Shown here in pieces: positions 59,394 through 64,000 of a stretch of DNA of 64,000 nt (position 1 is the first letter of the stretch; each line of letters opens with the position of its first letter). This stretch comes from Gammaproteobacteria bacterium (GTDB taxonomy: Bacteria; Pseudomonadota; Gammaproteobacteria; Natronospirales; REEB76): positions 192,175-256,174 of the forward strand of contig DATEHU010000034.1 in assembly GCA_035279405.1 (NCBI GenBank), in the 5' to 3' direction. Below the pieces are notes generated by a model. The model was not told the origin of the DNA, made no database searches, and was given only the letters and a program-made list of their open reading frames with translations. Position numbers and translations under genes: made by a program.

Positions 59394-62300
59394 TCAGTAC
59401 CGGAACCCGATGCGCGCGTAGAAGAAGCGCCCAGGCACGTCGTACAAGGTCGGGTCGAAGCTGTTCAACTGTTGCCGTGTCGAGGACGGCGGTTCCTTGT
59501 TGAACAGATTTCGGATGCCGACGGTGAAGATCAGCTTTGCGGGATCGAAGTTGTAGCTCACCTGCGCATCGTGATAGATGGTCTGTCCCAGGTGGTTGGT
59601 GGACAGGCTGTTGTTGGTTTTATTGGGATTGGAGCACAGTCCCAAGTTGGTGAAGCTCAAGGGCGTATTGTCAAAGGAATCGGAGCACGACTCGGTCAGC
59701 GCACTGATGTAGCGCATGTCCCATTCCGCACGCCAATTGCCCAGAGTCCACTGCAGCGAGGTCCGCGCCTTCCAGTGGGGCACCCCGAACGGAAATACCG
59801 TACCGCCGCGTTCCACACCCGCCAGCTGAGTGACCAAAGCGGGACCGGTCGGATTCGGCTCGATCAGTTCGAAGCCGCGGATGTACGTGGCGTCCACGGA
59901 AGCCCGGAACTCGCCGACCGCGCCCGCCTGGAAGTCGTAGCTGGCGCCCAGATCGAATCCATCGGTGCGGGTGACTCCCGCATTGGCGACGGCGTCATTC
60001 AATACCTTGATAGCGCCGATGCCGCCGCGGACAATGCGGGAACAGTCAGCCAGGTTACCCGAGACATAGCAGCCGTCCATGATGGCCTGACCGCTGATCG
60101 GCTGGATGGTGTTGTTCACGTCGATCTTGTAGTAATCCAGATTGAAATTCAGGCCGGCGGCCCAATCCGGGCTGTACACGAAACCCACCGTGCGCGAGAT
60201 CGAGGTTTCCGGCTTCAGGTTCGGGTTGCCGCTTTCCAACGTGTTGATCTGGACGTTCGTCTGGGCGTAAGCCGGCGAAACCGGCGAAACCCCGCCGATG
60301 CCGTTGGCACAACGCGTTTGCACCACGGCGGAAACGCCGCTGGTGGTGTAGTTGCTGCAGGGATCGTTGACGGTCGAGGACAACAGCGTCGGGCCGGCAA
60401 ACAGGTCGTCAATGGTGGGCGCGCGGAACCCTTGCGACCAGGTACCGCGGAACAGCAAGGTGTCATTTACCTGCCATTTGAGACCGGCACGGCTGGTGGT
60501 GTTGCCGCCGAAGGTGGTGTAGTTGGTATGCCGCGAGGCCACGTCCAGATCGAGCAGTTTGACTGCCGGGATATTGGCGAGCAGCGGTATGTCGAATTCC
60601 GCATACACCGAATTTTCCCGGATACGGCCGGAAGTCGGCGGCACGGCCACTTTCGGGTTGAAGCTGTCATAGCCGTTCTGCGCCACGGAATCGGGGATGA
60701 AATACCCATCGTGTTCCAGGTATTGATAGCCGGCGGCAAAACCCAGCGGACCGGCCGGCAAATTGGCCAGATCGCTGTTGCTGATATCGGCATTGTAGAT
60801 GCGCTGGTTATTCTGGAACTGGTTTTGCTGGGTATAAGCGCTGTAGGCCAACTGTTGCGAGGTGATCGGCGAAGTCTGGCCGCCGAAAAAGTTGATTGGT
60901 ATGCAACTGGTGGTGGCCGCACAGGTGGCTGGGTCGCCCATCGCAGTGCGCAGATTCTGCACGTTGAACGAACCGTAGTTGGTGTCCAGCTCGGAGTCAT
61001 TGGAGAAGATATAGCCCGCATCCCAATCCCATTCCGAGCCGCCGGCGTTGAAAAAGCCGCTGAAACCGCCGCTGAAACGGAAGGTGTTTTCATTCTCGGT
61101 GTAGATGCGCGGGCCGCCTTCCACCATGCGGCGACCCAGCAATCCGAGATAACCGGGTCCGGGTGCAACATTGGTGTTCAAATCAAATCCGAAGGGGTTG
61201 TATTGCTGATTGGCAGGAACGTCCGTCACGATGCTGGTGGAAGCGAAGAACAGCGGTGTGGGTGCCGCCTGCTGCCTCGAATTGCGCTTGCTGTACAGCA
61301 TGTCGGCGCTGAACGTCAGGTTGTCCATCAGATCGGTGTGCCCGGCCACGTAGCCGCTGTAACGCTCCTGCGGCGTGAGCACGTAGTTGTAGGGCGCGTA
61401 GTTGAAGCGGTCTACCTGCTGGAACGGCGCAAACTGATTAGGCGCCGTGCCCGGTTGGCCAGGAATCAGCGTGAGATCGCAAAACGGCTCGTAGTTGGGA
61501 GCCGCAGCCGTACCGAAATTGGTGGTGGGGCACTGAGTCGAGGTCAGCCCGGTTGAGGCCGCCGGTCCATTGTTTGGATCAGTAGGAACGCTGTTGGTCG
61601 GGGGTACGAACACGAACCGGCCCTGAGGCGTCGCGGAACTGCCGCGGGTCTGCCCGGTACCCATGGTCGGTTCCTTGGAAATCGTGCGGTTGGCCGCCGA
61701 GATGCCGTTCTGGTTCATATACGACACGCTGAACACCAGATTGCTGTGGTCGTTACCGGTGCCGGAGGTGAAATCGTAGCTCTGGGTCTTGCCGTCCCAG
61801 CCGCCGCCAGCGCCGTGGCCGTCATACACGCCCATGTAGGCGTTAGCTTCGGTGCCGGTGAAGTTGCGGATGGTGATGATGTTGACCACGCCGGAAATGG
61901 CGTCGGAGCCGTACACCGCGGACGCGCCGTCCTGCAGTATTTCGATGTGATCGATGACGGCGGTGGGGATGGTGTTGAGATCCACCGTGCCGTCCAGACC
62001 CGTGACCCAACGTTTGCCGTTCACCAGCACCAGCACGCGGCTCGCGCCCAAATTGCGCAAGTCCACATTGGTCTGGCCGCCGCCGGTGTAGGTGAAATTG
62101 CCGCCGTCATTGGCCAGGGTGTTGAGCGCGCCGCCAGTGGATGTCAGGCGCTGCAGAATGTCGCCAATGGTGCTCAAGCCCGTGGCCTTGATCTGCTGCT
62201 GCGTAATGACCACGATGGGTTGCGCCTGTTCGATGCTGGTGCGCTTGATGCGCGTGCCGGTGACTTCCACCTTGCCGAGCTGAGCGGTAGCGGCGTTGGT

Positions 62301-62417
62301 GTTCTGGTTCTGATTCTGGTCCTGCGCGAGTGCAGCGGGACCGGCAATCAGGGAAGTCGCTACGCCGCACGCGAGTGCGGCCTGCACGGCTTGTTTGAGT
62401 AAGTTGCTGTTCGACAT
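59394..62417 (-). CDS. TonB-dependent outer-membrane receptor (large, about 1007 aa)
   Basis: Signal peptide, a TonB-box-like LGKVEVTGTRI, plug-domain motifs (DILQRL, NVDLRNLG, VLVLVNGKR), and a C-terminal ...YARIGFRY. Confidence 0.93.
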   Translation of the reverse strand: MSNSNLLKQAVQAALACGVATSLIAGPAALAQDQNQNQNTNAATAQLGKVEVTGTRIKRTSIEQAQPIVVITQQQIKATGLSTIGDILQRLTSTGGALNTLANDGGNFTYTGGGQTNVDLRNLGASRVLVLVNGKRWVTGLDGTVDLNTIPTAVIDHIEILQDGASAVYGSDAISGVVNIITIRNFTGTEANAYMGVYDGHGAGGGWDGKTQSYDFTSGTGNDHSNLVFSVSYMNQNGISAANRTISKEPTMGTGQTRGSSATPQGRFVFVPPTNSVPTDPNNGPAASTGLTSTQCPTTNFGTAAAPNYEPFCDLTLIPGQPGTAPNQFAPFQQVDRFNYAPYNYVLTPQERYSGYVAGHTDLMDNLTFSADMLYSKRNSRQQAAPTPLFFASTSIVTDVPANQQYNPFGFDLNTNVAPGPGYLGLLGRRMVEGGPRIYTENENTFRFSGGFSGFFNAGGSEWDWDAGYIFSNDSELDTNYGSFNVQNLRTAMGDPATCAATTSCIPINFFGGQTSPITSQQLAYSAYTQQNQFQNNQRIYNADISNSDLANLPAGPLGFAAGYQYLEHDGYFIPDSVAQNGYDSFNPKVAVPPTSGRIRENSVYAEFDIPLLANIPAVKLLDLDVASRHTNYTTFGGNTTSRAGLKWQVNDTLLFRGTWSQGFRAPTIDDLFAGPTLLSSTVNDPCSNYTTSGVSAVVQTRCANGIGGVSPVSPAYAQTNVQINTLESGNPNLKPETSISRTVGFVYSPDWAAGLNFNLDYYKIDVNNTIQPISGQAIMDGCYVSGNLADCSRIVRGGIGAIKVLNDAVANAGVTRTDGFDLGASYDFQAGAVGEFRASVDATYIRGFELIEPNPTGPALVTQLAGVERGGTVFPFGVPHWKARTSLQWTLGNWRAEWDMRYISALTESCSDSFDNTPLSFTNLGLCSNPNKTNNSLSTNHLGQTIYHDAQVSYNFDPAKLIFTVGIRNLFNKEPPSSTRQQLNSFDPTLYDVPGRFFYARIGFRY

Positions 62418-62724
62418 TGCTGTTTACTCCGTGAGAGTAGGATGTGACGACGCAATCAGGGGTCGGCTGCAGGGTGCATGCCGGTTTGTTGCTGATAAGT
62501 TACACCAATGCAACGAATTATGGGCCTTGCAAAATCATATATTTCAGGTTGTCTGTAATCATAGCGTAAGATTTCGACCCTGGGTGTTGCGGATCAGCAA
62601 CGCGACCGGGCTCAAGATAAACATGGGGATATGATGGCAAGTCTCTGATGAAAACGGCATTTCCACCACGGGCTCGACCAATCCTGGAGCGCGCGCCCCC
62701 GTCCCCGGTCTGGGTGGCTGAGCC

Positions 62725-64000
62725 ATGCCATCTGATCAGCAAGTGCTGATGCAGGAGGCGGTCGCCGCTCACCAGCGCGGCGACTTCACCGGTGCCGAAG
62801 CGCGCTATCGCCGGGTATTGCGCGAAAACCCGGCGCATGCCGATGCGACTCATTTCCTGGGATTGCTGGCGCATCAGACCGGTCATGATGACGCGGCGCT
62901 CGAACTGCTTGAGCGTGCCATCGAGCTCGGACCCGGGAGCCCTCTCTACCGCAACAATCTTGCGGGCGTTCTGCAAGCGCTCGGCCGGCATGCCGAAGCC
63001 GAACGCCGTTACCGGGAGGCGCTGAACCTCAAGCCGGACTATGTCGAAGCCGTAATCGGGTTGGCAAAAACCTGCGAAGCACAGGGAAGGTCGGCCGAAG
63101 CCTTGATGCTTTATGACCGCGCGTTGCAACTGGCGCCGCGCAATCTCGATGCGTGGCTGGGTCGCGGAGCAGTGTTGGCCGTGCGCGCGCAATACAAGCA
63201 GGCGCTGGACTGTTATCGGCAGGCACGCGCGCTTGCTGAGCATGACAGTCAGCAATTGCAGCGTGTGGGTCTGGCTTTCCACGGCGTGGATGCGCACGTC
63301 GAAGCGCGCGGCTGTTTTGTAGCCGCCCTGGCTTTGCAGGCGGATTCAGTCGAGGCCCACAACAGCCTGGGTATTACACTCGGTGATATGGGAGATTTAC
63401 AGCCTGCGGAAGCCGAGTACCGCGAAGCCTTGCGGCTCAAGCCGGATCATGTGGGCGCTATTTACAACCTCACCAGCCTGGTCCGGTTTCTACCCACGGA
63501 TCCGCTGTGGCCACCGCTCATGTCCATGGAGCAAAAACTGACGGAGCGACCGGTGGACGAACAGGTACTTCTGCATTTTGCGCTCGGCAAGATCCGTGAA
63601 GACGACCGCGACTATGACCTTGCCTTTGAACACTTCCTGAGCGGTAACCGCCTGCATCGCGCGCGCTCGAATTACGACGAGGCGCGCCAGGCGGAGTTTT
63701 ATCGCGACTGCATGCGTTACTTCGATGCCGGTTTCATGGCCGCGCGCAGCGGCGTGGGAACCGCAGACTCATCGCCGATCTTCATCGTCGGCATGTCGCG
63801 CTCCGGCACCACGCTGGTGGAGCAGATTCTGGCGAGTCATCCGCAGGTGCATGGCGCCGGCGAAATGCGCCTGTTGCAACGCTGCGCCAGTCTGGAGATG
63901 GAGCCCTTGACCAACGAGGCAGAAATGCCCCGGCGGCTTGCACAACTGGAAAGCGCAGCCCTCACGCGCATCGGCGACCGCTACAACGCGGCGCTGAAGG
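62725..64000 (+). CDS. TPR-repeat sulfotransferase family protein (3-prime partial, runs off window)
   Basis: Not in the ORF track because no stop is reached. My translation from the ATG at 62725 gives MPSDQQVLMQEAVAAHQRGDFTGAEARYRRVLRENPAHADATHFLGLL... (TPRs), then IFIVGMSRSGTTLVEQILASHPQVHGAGE (PAPS loop). Paralogous to 57711-59333. Confidence 0.8.
   Translation, partial: MPSDQQVLMQEAVAAHQRGDFTGAEARYRRVLRENPAHADATHFLGLLAHQTGHDDAALELLERAIELGPGSPLYRNNLAGVLQALGRHAEAERRYREALNLKPDYVEAVIGLAKTCEAQGRSAEALMLYDRALQLAPRNLDAWLGRGAVLAVRAQYKQALDCYRQARALAEHDSQQLQRVGLAFHGVDAHVEARGCFVAALALQADSVEAHNSLGITLGDMGDLQPAEAEYREALRLKPDHVGAIYNLTSLVRFLPTDPLWPPLMSMEQKLTERPVDEQVLLHFALGKIREDDRDYDLAFEHFLSGNRLHRARSNYDEARQAEFYRDCMRYFDAGFMAARSGVGTADSSPIFIVGMSRSGTTLVEQILASHPQVHGAGEMRLLQRCASLEMEPLTNEAEMPRRLAQLESAALTRIGDRYNAALK

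Noticed and set aside
59370-61556. 728-aa plus-strand ORF.
   Set aside because: Antisense to the TonB-dependent receptor gene. The sequence is low-complexity and rich in Gly/Arg/Val/Ala, while the minus strand has plug and barrel motifs and a terminal aromatic residue.
62648-62749. 33-codon ORF (MKTAFPPRARPILERAPPSPVWVAEPCHLISKC) upstream of and overlapping the second sulfotransferase gene, as a possible sulfated-peptide precursor.
   Set aside because: It has no Tyr or acidic sulfation context and no leader-like or secretion features. It overlaps the downstream start out of frame and has high-GC chance-ORF composition.
62518-63297. 259-aa minus-strand ORF.
   Set aside because: Antisense to the untracked TPR-sulfotransferase gene starting at 62725, with shadow-frame composition.

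Overview
64-kb window from a high-GC Gram-negative chromosome. Hand-counted 60-nt lines in core genes give about 63-67% G+C. The gene order suggests a gammaproteobacterium, possibly Xanthomonadales-like, but that is a guess. The window opens with the tail of atpI, then the full F1Fo ATP synthase operon atpBEFHAGDC, then glmU-glmS, the same order as in E. coli. At the glmS stop codon the composition drops to about 45-50% G+C on hand-counted lines for about 2.2 kb. This islet holds two overlapping, co-directional ORFs of unrecognisable family (10451-11014 and 11001-12110). They are followed by decayed fragments of an acs-like 3-prime end and a racemase-like 5-prime end, whose intact counterparts lie 7-8 kb downstream. 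The glmS 3-prime flank is the classical Tn7-type attachment hotspot, so this islet is my top candidate for an undescribed accessory system (defence or toxin-like). No transposase, integrase, tRNA or CRISPR array is visible anywhere in the window. The rest is mostly ordinary metabolism. It includes a mannoside utilisation locus (GH92, FucP/GluP-type MFS, fructokinase, AGE-family isomerase, GH47, Asp/Glu racemase), satP-acs, and a porin plus sugar ABC transporter. It also includes mmsA, xthA, prlC, a LemA/GIDE pair, a gamma-CA-like protein and two tandemly duplicated divergent YaaH/SatP-like membrane-protein units with conserved leaders and terminators. Further genes are DUF488, a 2OG oxygenase, a POT peptide transporter, PilZ, a radical SAM protein, a TonB-C lipoprotein and DPP-IV. 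A copper cluster follows (cupredoxin, copC, copD, a secreted protein, a DUF2946-like protein), then two tandem S10 carboxypeptidases, pepQ, a TrmB regulator and an aldo-keto reductase. The window ends with a TonB-dependent receptor flanked by two TPR-sulfotransferase genes. The second of these runs off the window end and is missing from the ORF track. Several families of short palindromic (REP-like) intergenic repeats occur, two of them inside the atp operon. All calls come from reading the translations and sequence by eye. No database search, GC scan or structure prediction was run, and many long antisense ORFs in the track were rejected as high-GC shadow frames.
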